From: an uncultured Bacteroidales bacterium
Lineage (GTDB): Bacteria; Bacteroidota; Bacteroidia; Bacteroidales; WCHB1-69
Assembly (NCBI GenBank): GCA_900316305.1
Contig: ONCM01000011.1
Span: 1,863-65,862 of the forward strand
DNA length: 64,000 nucleotides
Reading direction: 5' to 3'
The position numbers and the translations under genes were made by a program. Shown one piece after another: positions 46,790-54,784 of this stretch. The notes under the pieces were generated by a model. That model did not search any database, had not been told where the DNA came from, and saw only the letters and a list, made by a program, of their open reading frames with translations. Numbering within the stretch: the first letter of the stretch is position 1; every line of letters starts with the position of its first letter.

Positions 46790-46907
46790 CGACGCTTACA
46801 TTAACACGGTAACAAAAGTTAAGACAACCCTTCCGAGGCACGCAGACATCGACGAGGAGCTGGCGGACGCGATATGCAAACAGCTCGGAATCCCTAAGAG
46901 GCGTTAA
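46790..46907 (+). pseudogene. Probable HicA/YcfA-type toxin remnant (C-terminal about 35 codons only)
   Basis: The frame reads ...TVTKVKTTLPRHADIDEELADAICKQLGIPKRR*, resembling a HicA C-terminus (tvPrH..el...t...IlKQlgi). No start codon or N-terminal half was found. Confidence 0.3.
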
Positions 46908-46947
46908 TCATGTGATACGCAAACACATTGTTTTTCACAAAGAAAAA

Positions 46948-47889
46948 TTACCGCAAATCCCGCAGCCGGACAGTAACGATGGAGGACACCGGCTTGTCAG
47001 AGACGGTGGCGGGCTTCCATTCCGTACCGGAAATCACCGCGGTGACCTTCGCACGGAACGCCTCGTCCTTCGGCTCGTACACTTCCGGCATATTCAGGAT
47101 GTTCACCAGCGACACACTGCCGTCCTCTTCCACGAAGAAACGAATTTCAACCGAATCAACCCGCGGTTCCTGCATATACGTTTGGAACTGTTTCAGACGT
47201 TCGCCCAACCAACCTTCAAACTTGCCCTCTGTGAAAACGGCCGGTGAAAATCCAGGAATTGACTCGGGAGCAGGTCTTTCTTCTTCGTTGAAGATCCAGT
47301 TTTGAAAACCCACATCATCCACCAAGCCAATAATGACTTCATCATTTTCCGTTTTATGCTTACCCTCATCCGTTTCGAGCAGAAGACTTTCATCGAAGGT
47401 AATCTCCTTTTGAGCCGTATCGTGCTTTGATTCGTCCATATCAAGTACAATTCCCCGTACCTGCAGCGTGTCGCAATTCTTCTGCCGTTTCTTTTTCTTC
47501 GACTTATTCTTTTCGGGATTACGAGCCTTCGGCTTGCCATTGTCGTCCACAACAACAGCCCCCATCCAAGAAAGAGCATTCGTTATTTCCCGCCCTGATG
47601 TTTTTCGGGTTTTATTCGAGGAGTCGGTCGTTACGGGTTCGGAAGTCGCGCAGCCTACCATGGTAACCGCTGAGAGAGCGATTCCCGCCACTGCCACAGC
47701 CTTGCCGAGGCTCTTGCGCTTGGAGAGCTCGCGTTCGAGGTAGCGCACCTCCGACTCGCAATAGGGACACGTGCCCGCGCAGTCGCCCGTATGCGTACAC
47801 TCACGCTCTTGCAACGGGATACCGTTGGCGTCGGCGATCTTCCGCCGCACCTCCTTCAGAACCTTGCATGTGGTTTTGCCTCGGGACAT
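46948..47889 (-). CDS. Paralogue C of the Cys-rich/TM/TonB_C-like family
   Basis: Same N-terminal 86 aa as B. The C-terminal segment FEGWLGERLK...VEIRFFVEEDGSVSLVNI...AFRAKVTAVISGTEWKPATV resembles a TonB C-terminal domain. Confidence 0.6.
   Translation of the reverse strand: MSRGKTTCKVLKEVRRKIADANGIPLQERECTHTGDCAGTCPYCESEVRYLERELSKRKSLGKAVAVAGIALSAVTMVGCATSEPVTTDSSNKTRKTSGREITNALSWMGAVVVDDNGKPKARNPEKNKSKKKKRQKNCDTLQVRGIVLDMDESKHDTAQKEITFDESLLLETDEGKHKTENDEVIIGLVDDVGFQNWIFNEEERPAPESIPGFSPAVFTEGKFEGWLGERLKQFQTYMQEPRVDSVEIRFFVEEDGSVSLVNILNMPEVYEPKDEAFRAKVTAVISGTEWKPATVSDKPVSSIVTVRLRDLR
47632..47889 (-). repeat. Conserved 5' coding block of paralogue C
   Basis: See paralogue B. Confidence 0.8.
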
Positions 47890-47945
47890 TGTTCGGGATT
47901 ATTTGAAAGTGCGAAAATACACTTTTTTTCGTTGCGGAAATTTTG

Positions 47946-47953
47946 TATCTTTG
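47946..47953 (+). promoter_or_regulatory. -7 box TATCTTTG for the 47979 gene
   Basis: 25 nt upstream of the ATG. Confidence 0.5.
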
Positions 47954-47978
47954 CACTTTCATCCAAACAACGCCCACT

Positions 47979-48575
47979 ATGAACAAGAAAATCCTCCGAT
48001 ATCTCTTCGTTTGTGTTGCCGTCTTCGCGATTTCCGCCGTGTTTGACCTAATCGCTGGCGGCAAGACGACAGAAGTCGCCCTCAAAACAGCAGCCATATA
48101 CAGCATCTTATTCACCATCCTGTGGGGACTGATTGTAGAACGCACCCGCAAGAATCGTGAAGAAGAAGCTGATGAAAATGAGGAGATTACAGATTCTTCA
48201 GACGTTTCGGAAACCAACACTGTCGAAAAGATGGTGGAGCAGTATGGCGAACCGGATGCGACCATCGTCACCGACGGCACAAAGGGGATGGCACCCGACA
48301 GCACCGTGCTGGTTTATGACCACGGCGGCAGTAACGACAACGGATTTCTGGTCTATGACGGCCTCGCCATCGACAAATCAAGCATCACCGACCTCACTTT
48401 TCACCGCGAGGAGAGATCCCCTTACGGTGCCCAAAATTTTACCTTCCCGGAACTGTTCGAGATTGTGCTAAACACCACCGACGACAACCACCCGAAGGTA
48501 TTCGTTAATGCCGGCCACGACTTGGAGCTGGCAAAGGAGACAATGCTGGAAATCCGGAAGCATATTATTGTATAG
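47979..48575 (+). CDS. Membrane protein, unknown function
   Basis: Two TM helices, then an acidic linker and a soluble domain. ATG at 47979, 25 nt after a TATCTTTG box. Confidence 0.5.
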   Translation: MNKKILRYLFVCVAVFAISAVFDLIAGGKTTEVALKTAAIYSILFTILWGLIVERTRKNREEEADENEEITDSSDVSETNTVEKMVEQYGEPDATIVTDGTKGMAPDSTVLVYDHGGSNDNGFLVYDGLAIDKSSITDLTFHREERSPYGAQNFTFPELFEIVLNTTDDNHPKVFVNAGHDLELAKETMLEIRKHIIV

Positions 48576-48605
48576 GTGCACCCTGAAATTCAAGTAATAC
48601 CTGCA

Positions 48606-49124
48606 ATGAAGAGTTCTCTTCTCCGATATATCCTCGTCAGCATCGCCGCTGCCCTCTTTCTACCCTGTGCGGCGCAGAGCATTATCGACAATCCGCTGCG
48701 ACGAACAGTACTGTACCGCCCCGGCGACTTCGATTCCAAGTTCTTCCGCATTCCCGCCATCATCACCGCCAAGGACAGCACTCTTGTGATCGCCACAGAC
48801 CGCCGCAAGTACAGCAACGCGGACCTTCCCGAGGACATTGACATCATCCTCAACTACAGTGCGGACGGCACGAGCGTGTTGCTCCACTCGCTGCCCATCG
48901 GCAACGAACGGAAAAACGTATCCGTCCTAATCAGCTATGATGAGGGGAAATCCTGGCCCGTGAGCCGCGTAATCGTGCCCTACAATTCCGCCTACTCGTC
49001 ACTCTGCATTCTCCCCGACGGCACCATCGGGATGTACGTAGAGGAGGCCCCCAACGGCGGCGACCATTACGAAATGGTGTTTTACAATTTCACGTTGGAT
49101 TGGTTGGAGGCAACTAACCATTAA
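48606..49124 (+). pseudogene. Exo-alpha-sialidase remnant with a large internal deletion
   Basis: Signal peptide, FRIP motif (FRIPAIITAKDSTLVIATDRR) and the first Asp-box start (SADGTS), joined directly to the last blade (SYDEGKSW ... LPDGTIGMYVEE). Only 172 aa versus several hundred for intact sialidases. Confidence 0.5.
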
Positions 49125-49131
49125 CAAAAAA

Positions 49132-49190
49132 CCTAGGGCTCGCTCCCGCTCACCCTAGGCTGACATACGTCGGGCCTTCAGCCCTTTTGG
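49132..49190. repeat. REP-like double-hairpin element, copy 2 (inverted relative to copy 1)
   Basis: cctagggctcgctcccgctcaccctaggctgacatacgtcgggccttcagcccttttgg. It aligns to the reverse complement of copy 1 with a few differences. Confidence 0.75.
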
Positions 49191-49222
49191 AAATAATATT
49201 TCTATTGCCTGTTGCCTTATTC

Positions 49223-50713
49223 CTACGCCAACGACCATTCCGCCCCGTCCTTGGTGTCCTTCACCACGATGCCGGCGGCGTTGAGGTCGTCGCGAATTTT
49301 GTCCGACAACGCCCAGTTCTTTTCGGCTTTGGCGGTCTTGCGCATCTCCAACACCAACTGCATGGCCTTATCGAGGGCGTCGTGCTCGCGGGTGTCACCC
49401 TGTGCGAGTTCGGGTTTGATGCCCAAGATGTCGAAGAAGAAGGTGCGGAAGGTGGTCTTCAGCAACTCAATATCTTCAGCCGTAAGCGTGGCGTGACCGT
49501 CCTTCACAGCGTTGATGATGCGCACTGCGTCAAACAACTCGGCAATCACCTTCGGGGTGTTGAAGTCGTCGTTCATCGCCTCGTAGCAGCGTTCCTGCAG
49601 GGCTTCGATGTTCTCGGTGGAGGTGGCACCGGCCTTCAAACTGTCGAGGTGACGTTCGGCGGCATATAGTTTTTCCAGTCCCTTCTCGGCAGATTGCAGT
49701 GCGGCGTTGCTGAAATCGACCGTGCCGCGATAGGAGGCCTGCAAAACGAAATAGCGAATCGTCATCGGCGAATAGGCCTTCTCCAACTTAGGATGGCTGC
49801 CGGTGAAAAACTCGTTGAGGGTAATGAAGTTGCCGAGCGACTTGCCCATCTTCTGTCCCTCAATGGTAATCATATTGTTGTGCATCCAGTAGCGCACGGA
49901 ACTCTTGCCGTTGGCCACGGTGCTCTGACACACTTCCGACTCGTGGTGCGGGAACAGCAGGTCCATGCCGCCGCCGTGGATGTCGAACTGCTCGCCCAAA
50001 TACTTGGTGCTCATGGCCGTACATTCGATATGCCAGCCCGGGAAACCGACGCTCCAGGGGGAGTTCCAGCGCATGATGTGCTCGGGGGCGGCCTTCTTCC
50101 AGAGGGCGAAGTCGGCGGGATTGCGTTTCTCGCTCTGACCGTCCAGCTCGCGGGTGTTGGCAATCAGCTCTGCCAAAACGCGACCCGAAAGCTTGCCGTA
50201 GCCGAAGTCCTTGTCGAACTTCTCCACATCGAAATAGACGGAGCCTTCCGACACGTAGGCATAGCCCGCATCAAGAATTTTTTGCACCATCTCGATTTGC
50301 TCGATAATGTGGCCGGAAGCGCGAGGCTCAATGGAGGGTCCCTTCACATTGAGCGCATCCATGGCCTTGTGGTAGCTGTCCATGTAGTATTGCGCCACCT
50401 CCATGGGTTCCAGCTGCTCCAAACGGGCCTTCTTGGCGATCTTGTCTTCACCCTCGTCGGCATCGTGCTCCAGATGGCCCACGTCGGTGATGTTGCGCAC
50501 GTAGCGCACCTTGTAACCGATGTGCGTGAGGTAGCGGAACACCACGTCGAAGGTGACCGCAGGGCGCGCATGCCCCAGGTGCGGCTCGCCATAGACCGTC
50601 GGTCCGCAGACATAGAGGCCCACATGGTCGGGCGTGATGGGCTTGAACAGCTCTTTTCTCTTACTTAACGTATTGAATAAAAAGACTTTGCCTTTATTGT
50701 CGGTGTTTTTCAT
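49223..50713 (-). CDS. cysS: Cysteine--tRNA ligase
   Basis: HIGH-type motif PHLGHAR, KMSKS-type motif KMGKS; 496 aa. Confidence 0.95.
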   Translation of the reverse strand: MKNTDNKGKVFLFNTLSKRKELFKPITPDHVGLYVCGPTVYGEPHLGHARPAVTFDVVFRYLTHIGYKVRYVRNITDVGHLEHDADEGEDKIAKKARLEQLEPMEVAQYYMDSYHKAMDALNVKGPSIEPRASGHIIEQIEMVQKILDAGYAYVSEGSVYFDVEKFDKDFGYGKLSGRVLAELIANTRELDGQSEKRNPADFALWKKAAPEHIMRWNSPWSVGFPGWHIECTAMSTKYLGEQFDIHGGGMDLLFPHHESEVCQSTVANGKSSVRYWMHNNMITIEGQKMGKSLGNFITLNEFFTGSHPKLEKAYSPMTIRYFVLQASYRGTVDFSNAALQSAEKGLEKLYAAERHLDSLKAGATSTENIEALQERCYEAMNDDFNTPKVIAELFDAVRIINAVKDGHATLTAEDIELLKTTFRTFFFDILGIKPELAQGDTREHDALDKAMQLVLEMRKTAKAEKNWALSDKIRDDLNAAGIVVKDTKDGAEWSLA

Positions 50714-50780
50714 ATCTTATTATTAAATTCTATTACCATTATTTTTTCGTCCTGTAAAGGCGTATGCGATACGCCCCTAC

Positions 50781-50846
50781 ATTTCATCGTTCTTTCATCG
50801 TTCTTTCATCGTTCATTCATCGTTCATTCATCGCCCTTCATCGTCC
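50781..50846. repeat. Decamer-type array CATCGTTCWTT
   Basis: Lies between the acyl-CoA ligase stop and the cysS promoter region; abuts the stop at 50847. Confidence 0.85.
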
Positions 50847-52607
50847 CTATGCAAACAACTTCTCAATCTGATCCTCGTACTTCTTAATCAGGACATTGCG
50901 CTTTAATTTCAACGTGGGGGTGAGCTCGCCGGACTGGATGGACCATTCGTGGTTCATCAGCAAGAAGCGTTTCACCTTCTCGGTGTCGCCGAAGAACTTG
51001 TTGTATTCATCCACAATCTTCTTGTACTTTTTCTGCACCTCGGGATGCTCGATCATCTCCTCGTTGGTGGTATAAGGAATACCCTTGTTGGTGCACCAGG
51101 AGCGCAGGTCCACGAAGTTCGGTACGATGAGGGCGGCGGCGAACTGTTTGTTCTCGCCAACCACCAGGATATTGTCAATCAGGGACTCTTCCATGAATTT
51201 GTTCTCGATGATGGTGGGCACCACATACTTGCCGAACGCCGTCTTGAACATCTCTTTCTTACGACCGGTAATCTTCAGCCGGCCTTCGGGAGTGAGTTGC
51301 CCGAGGTCGCCGGTATGGAACCAACCGTCAGCATCAATCACCTCGGCGGTCTGTTCGGGATGGTTGTAGTAGCCCTTCATGACATGCGGTCCTTTGGTGA
51401 GGATCTCTCCGTCCTCTGCGATACGCACGCGCGTACCGGGCAACACCGGACCGGCCGTGCCGATCTCCATACCGCCCTCGAAGAAGTTGCACACCGCAAT
51501 CACCGGGGAGGTCTCGGTGGTGCCGTAGCCCTCCAACACGGGAATACCCATGGCCCAAAACACCTTGGAGATACGCGGCTGGATGGCCGCACCACCCGTC
51601 ACCACAACCTTCAGGTTGCCGCCGAGTGCCTTGTTCCACTGGTTCAGCACCAGCTTGCGCGCCCACTTCAGCCGACGGTCGTAACGCTTGCCGGGATTGT
51701 CGCCGTACTGCAACGCGATCTCATTGGCCCAGAAGAAAATCCGCTGTTTGGTTTTGCTCAGCTTATGTCCTTTCTGCAGAATCTTGTCATAGACTTTTTC
51801 CAAGAGTCGCGGCACCGTCGTGAAGATATCGGGTTTCAGCTCCACCATATTCTCCTGAATCTTGGCCAGGCTCTCTGCATAGTATATCGGCAGGCCGAGA
51901 TACTGCCAAGCGTAGTTCATCATGCGTTCATACACGTGACACAGAGGGAGATAACTCAGAATGCGGTTGTTTTCGGTCGTCGGGATGATCGGCAGCACCG
52001 CCTCCACATTGGAGAGGAAATTGCGGTGGCTCAGCATCACACCTTTAGGGAATCCGGTGGTACCGGACGTGTAAACTAAAGAGATAATGTCCTCGGGTTG
52101 GATGCTGTCCTTGATCTCTTTCAGGTACTGCGGCGCGGGGTTGGCGCGACCGAGTTCGATCACCTCGTTCAAGTGCTTGTAACCACGGAGGTTACGGAAT
52201 GTATAGACTTTGTCTTTCAGTTCGGGTTTGTCTTCCAAAATCTGGGTGATCTTGCGCAGCAGGTCCCAGCCGGCCACGAAAATCAGCTTCACATGGGCAT
52301 CTTCAAAGATATAGCGGTAGTCGCTCTCGCTGATGGTCGGGTAGATGGCCACGTGGAGTGCGCCGATCTGCATGATGGCCATGTCGAGGAAGTTCCACTC
52401 CGGTCGGTTGGGGGTGATGGTGGCCACACTGTCGCCCTTCTTGATGCCCAGCTGCATCAGTCCGTAGGAGAGACTGTTGACGATTTCCACGTATTGTTGG
52501 GTGCTGTATTTCACCCAGATGCCGTTCTCCTTGCAGCACAGGGCGTCTTCCTTCGGGAATTCTTTCAGATCACGTTCGAGCATGTCGAACAATCGAGTCA
52601 CTTCCAT
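50847..52607 (-). CDS. Long-chain-fatty-acid--CoA ligase (AMP-binding enzyme)
   Basis: AMP-binding signature YTSGTTGFPKGVMLSHRN; 586 aa. Confidence 0.85.
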   Translation of the reverse strand: MEVTRLFDMLERDLKEFPKEDALCCKENGIWVKYSTQQYVEIVNSLSYGLMQLGIKKGDSVATITPNRPEWNFLDMAIMQIGALHVAIYPTISESDYRYIFEDAHVKLIFVAGWDLLRKITQILEDKPELKDKVYTFRNLRGYKHLNEVIELGRANPAPQYLKEIKDSIQPEDIISLVYTSGTTGFPKGVMLSHRNFLSNVEAVLPIIPTTENNRILSYLPLCHVYERMMNYAWQYLGLPIYYAESLAKIQENMVELKPDIFTTVPRLLEKVYDKILQKGHKLSKTKQRIFFWANEIALQYGDNPGKRYDRRLKWARKLVLNQWNKALGGNLKVVVTGGAAIQPRISKVFWAMGIPVLEGYGTTETSPVIAVCNFFEGGMEIGTAGPVLPGTRVRIAEDGEILTKGPHVMKGYYNHPEQTAEVIDADGWFHTGDLGQLTPEGRLKITGRKKEMFKTAFGKYVVPTIIENKFMEESLIDNILVVGENKQFAAALIVPNFVDLRSWCTNKGIPYTTNEEMIEHPEVQKKYKKIVDEYNKFFGDTEKVKRFLLMNHEWSIQSGELTPTLKLKRNVLIKKYEDQIEKLFA

Positions 52608-52685
52608 AATCCTATTTTAGAATGAGGCGGCAAAGATACATAAAATGTGAATACATCGAATAGGCGTCCATCATCGTTAATCGGA

Positions 52686-52846
52686 TGGAGAAGGTGAACG
52701 TCCAGTTAGCAGTGAGCAGTGAGTAGTTAGCAGTTGGGCGGGAACCGTCATTGTTCTCTCCGTTAGGGGATGCATGGCAATAGCCAGGAACAGGACGGTG
52801 CGCGGGGGAAATCCATGGAAAGAGATTCTTCGGATGGTAATCGTCT
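52686..52846 (-). repeat. Terminal (truncated) cassette leader plus the first 12 nt of an Rhs core end
   Basis: Minus strand: ...CTGGCTATTGCCATGCATCCCCTAACGGAGA...CCAACTGCTAACTACTCACTGCTCACTGCTAACTGGACGTTCACCTTCTCC, then unrelated sequence. Confidence 0.7.
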
Positions 52847-53371
52847 TTAACGACCATATGTGATTTTGTTCTTCTTGTTCGTATAGAGTTTTGGATATAT
52901 GGCGTGAATTCTTTGGAAAGCCTTCTTGCGGTTGCCGAATCGTTTGTCATATTCGTATACCTTCACCCAAAGTCCTCCTGAATAATCAACGTAATAAACA
53001 GTCTTTTCGTTATTAAATGTCGTTATGTTTATGAGAACATTTCCGCTCATCAAAACTTCTTTCCACATGATGGATTTGAATTCATACGTCTTTTTTTTGG
53101 GGGGTCCTTCATACCATTCGGTATATGCCATTGTGATATATAAAGTTGCCGTATCCGGAAGCGTTTGCAATTCCTCATAAATAAGATCGTCTATTTTGAA
53201 ATGGCTTCTGAAATAGGGGAACGACAATGTGTCTCCAGGACGTGTCACACACGTGAAACCGATTGATTCAGGAAGTGTTCCGTCAACGACTACTATCGCA
53301 GGGACAATTTTTTGAGCCAACATCAAGTTGGACAGCACTAACAAAACGAAAAACAAAAATGTCTTTTTCAT
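52847..53371 (-). CDS. Putative immunity protein of cassette 1 (exported)
   Basis: Starts 9 nt after the stop of the toxin ORF. Signal peptide MKKTFLFFVLLVLSNLMLAQ. Function assigned by position only. Confidence 0.45.
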   Translation of the reverse strand: MKKTFLFFVLLVLSNLMLAQKIVPAIVVVDGTLPESIGFTCVTRPGDTLSFPYFRSHFKIDDLIYEELQTLPDTATLYITMAYTEWYEGPPKKKTYEFKSIMWKEVLMSGNVLINITTFNNEKTVYYVDYSGGLWVKVYEYDKRFGNRKKAFQRIHAIYPKLYTNKKNKITYGR

Positions 53372-53380
53372 ATTATCAAA

Positions 53381-54469
53381 TCAAAATCCGATTTTGATCT
53401 TTTTTAAATTATCAATGAGGATGCCCCCAATCATATTGCTGTTCGAATCATATACAACAGCCGTTCCCAATCTTTTTTCATACTTCACCCCTGTGGTGAA
53501 ATTGGGGATAGATTCATAACTATTTCCAACAATAACATTATAGGCATATTTTGAGAAAACGGATTTGTCCTTTTCAGATAATCTGTATGGTGTCTGAACA
53601 CAAGTCCCTGTACCATCAGGGCAACTGAAAGAATGTAATTTATGGGAGTGTATGGATAAATATCCTTTAGGATCGATTTCAATCTCTCCATCAGGAGTAC
53701 CAGTAGGATAAGTTTTGGGTAGTCCGCCAGAAAATGATGTGGCTTCTTCCCTGTCCCCACCATTGATGACCGTCCTATCATATACAGATATTATTGCTTC
53801 TATTTCAATAATATCCGTCTTCCAATCAACTGTCACCGCTGAACGGCTTGTCACCCTTTGTGCCTCATTATTTTTTGTTATGATATTGATACTTTCCTCA
53901 TCGGAAACAAAATAAACAGAAATGTCCTCTTTACCGTCTGTGCCCAAGAAATTTCCATTCCAATCTAAATACTGTCCTATCTCCTCCCCATTCGGATCCA
54001 CGCACCTCACCGGGTTGTTCGCGCAATAAACATACGGACTCAAAGAAGGATATTTGTCACTCATCGGGTCCACGCTCAACCAGACGCTGAGGTCGCTGCT
54101 GTAATACCGTGAGCCAAAGTAAGATAGACCCGTTTCGGAGTCCTTTTCTTTTGCGGAGAAGGTGAAAGTTCCGTCACGGTGTGGGTGTTGTCCGGGATTC
54201 CGCCACACGGTTGCGGTGTGCCGTGGCCGGGACTGGCCGGGGGTGTGGCGGAATGGCGGTGGGGTTGCCGGAGCGGATCCCTTGCCGGACAAGGCCTTGA
54301 AAGAACGGTTTTGCCGGTCCGCGGCGGGGGCCAAAGCCCGGAGGGAGGGCATCCCCCGTGACCACGCTGTCCTGGTTGGGACAACAGCCTGGCTGCCCGA
54401 AGCGTTTGCGGGCGCGGGCGAAATCCCCGAACGGGGATTCATCGCATGGTATGATTGGCGGCGGTTCAT
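53381..54469 (-). CDS. Cassette 1: Rhs core-end plus variable C-terminal toxin domain, fused in frame to a GC-rich Pro/Arg-rich leader with its own ATG
   Basis: FTFSAKEKDSETGLSYFGSRYYSSDLSVWLSVDPMSDKYPSLSPYVYCANNPVRCVDPNGEE is an RHS repeat-associated core end, followed by a unique about 215-aa tail. The conserved leader ATG at 54469 is in frame. Confidence 0.6.
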   Translation of the reverse strand: MNRRQSYHAMNPRSGISPAPANASGSQAVVPTRTAWSRGMPSLRALAPAADRQNRSFKALSGKGSAPATPPPFRHTPGQSRPRHTATVWRNPGQHPHRDGTFTFSAKEKDSETGLSYFGSRYYSSDLSVWLSVDPMSDKYPSLSPYVYCANNPVRCVDPNGEEIGQYLDWNGNFLGTDGKEDISVYFVSDEESINIITKNNEAQRVTSRSAVTVDWKTDIIEIEAIISVYDRTVINGGDREEATSFSGGLPKTYPTGTPDGEIEIDPKGYLSIHSHKLHSFSCPDGTGTCVQTPYRLSEKDKSVFSKYAYNVIVGNSYESIPNFTTGVKYEKRLGTAVVYDSNSNMIGGILIDNLKKIKIGF

Positions 54470-54510
54470 CGGCGGTTTTTTGACGGGGCGAAGATACGAT
54501 TTCTGAGAGT
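54167..54510 (-). repeat. GC-rich leader of cassette 1
   Basis: TATCTTCG box, ATGAACCGCCGCC, hairpin AATCCCCGTTCGGGGATT (54422-54439), and a 12-bp inverted repeat ATTCCGCCACAC/GTGTGGCGGAAT (54197-54208 / 54243-54254). Confidence 0.8.
54489..54496 (-). promoter_or_regulatory. Variant -7-like box TATCTTCG at the 5' end of the cassette-1 leader
   Basis: TCGTATCTTCGCCCCGTCAAAAA, 19 nt upstream of the leader ATG at 54469. The same string recurs at 59215 and 62977. Confidence 0.35.
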
Positions 54511-54559
54511 GATTATTTGTTCGGGATTTTGAATACAATTATAAAGGAAGACGATCCGG

Positions 54560-54784
54560 TCAAAAATGTCTGACATAAATAATAGCAGCCACCCACAATG
54601 CGCCTATGGCATAAAACCATAAATCACTAAGAATTTGAGACCAGCTTTGCTTCCCCATTCCTAAAAAATCATTATAATGGTGGACCAGCGTAAAAAACAA
54701 CAATGATGCAATAAACACTCCAATAAAAAAACATATTTTTTTTGTTTTTATTCTGCGAAGGCTGTTATTTTTTCTTTTTTCCAT
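54560..54784 (-). CDS. Putative immunity protein of cassette 2 (74 aa, two TM helices)
   Basis: Overlaps the toxin ORF end by 20 nt; has two hydrophobic helices. Assigned by position only. Confidence 0.4.
   Translation of the reverse strand: MEKRKNNSLRRIKTKKICFFIGVFIASLLFFTLVHHYNDFLGMGKQSWSQILSDLWFYAIGALWVAAIIYVRHF

Noticed and set aside
35489-50775. Identical 22-mer ggcgtatgcgatacgcccctac at 35491 and 50759, considered as the ends of a mobile element
   Set aside because: Each copy is a small hairpin (GGCGTAT-GCG-ATACGCC) in a gene-end context, and a related GCCCCCTACA hairpin follows tgt. This is most likely a recurrent terminator-type motif rather than transposon ends. There is no transposase between them, only housekeeping genes.
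392-50846. Could the short tandem arrays be CRISPR arrays?
   Set aside because: The units are 7 or 10 nt and directly abutting, with no unique spacers of about 30 nt. No cas genes are present. This is not CRISPR.
52612-52950. 112-aa minus-strand ORF overlapping the terminal leader and the end of the immunity gene
   Set aside because: It reads through leader and heptamer DNA in a frame unrelated to any cassette. It runs across the acyl-CoA ligase promoter region (TATCTTTG at 52631-52638) and ends just upstream of that gene, so it is not credible.
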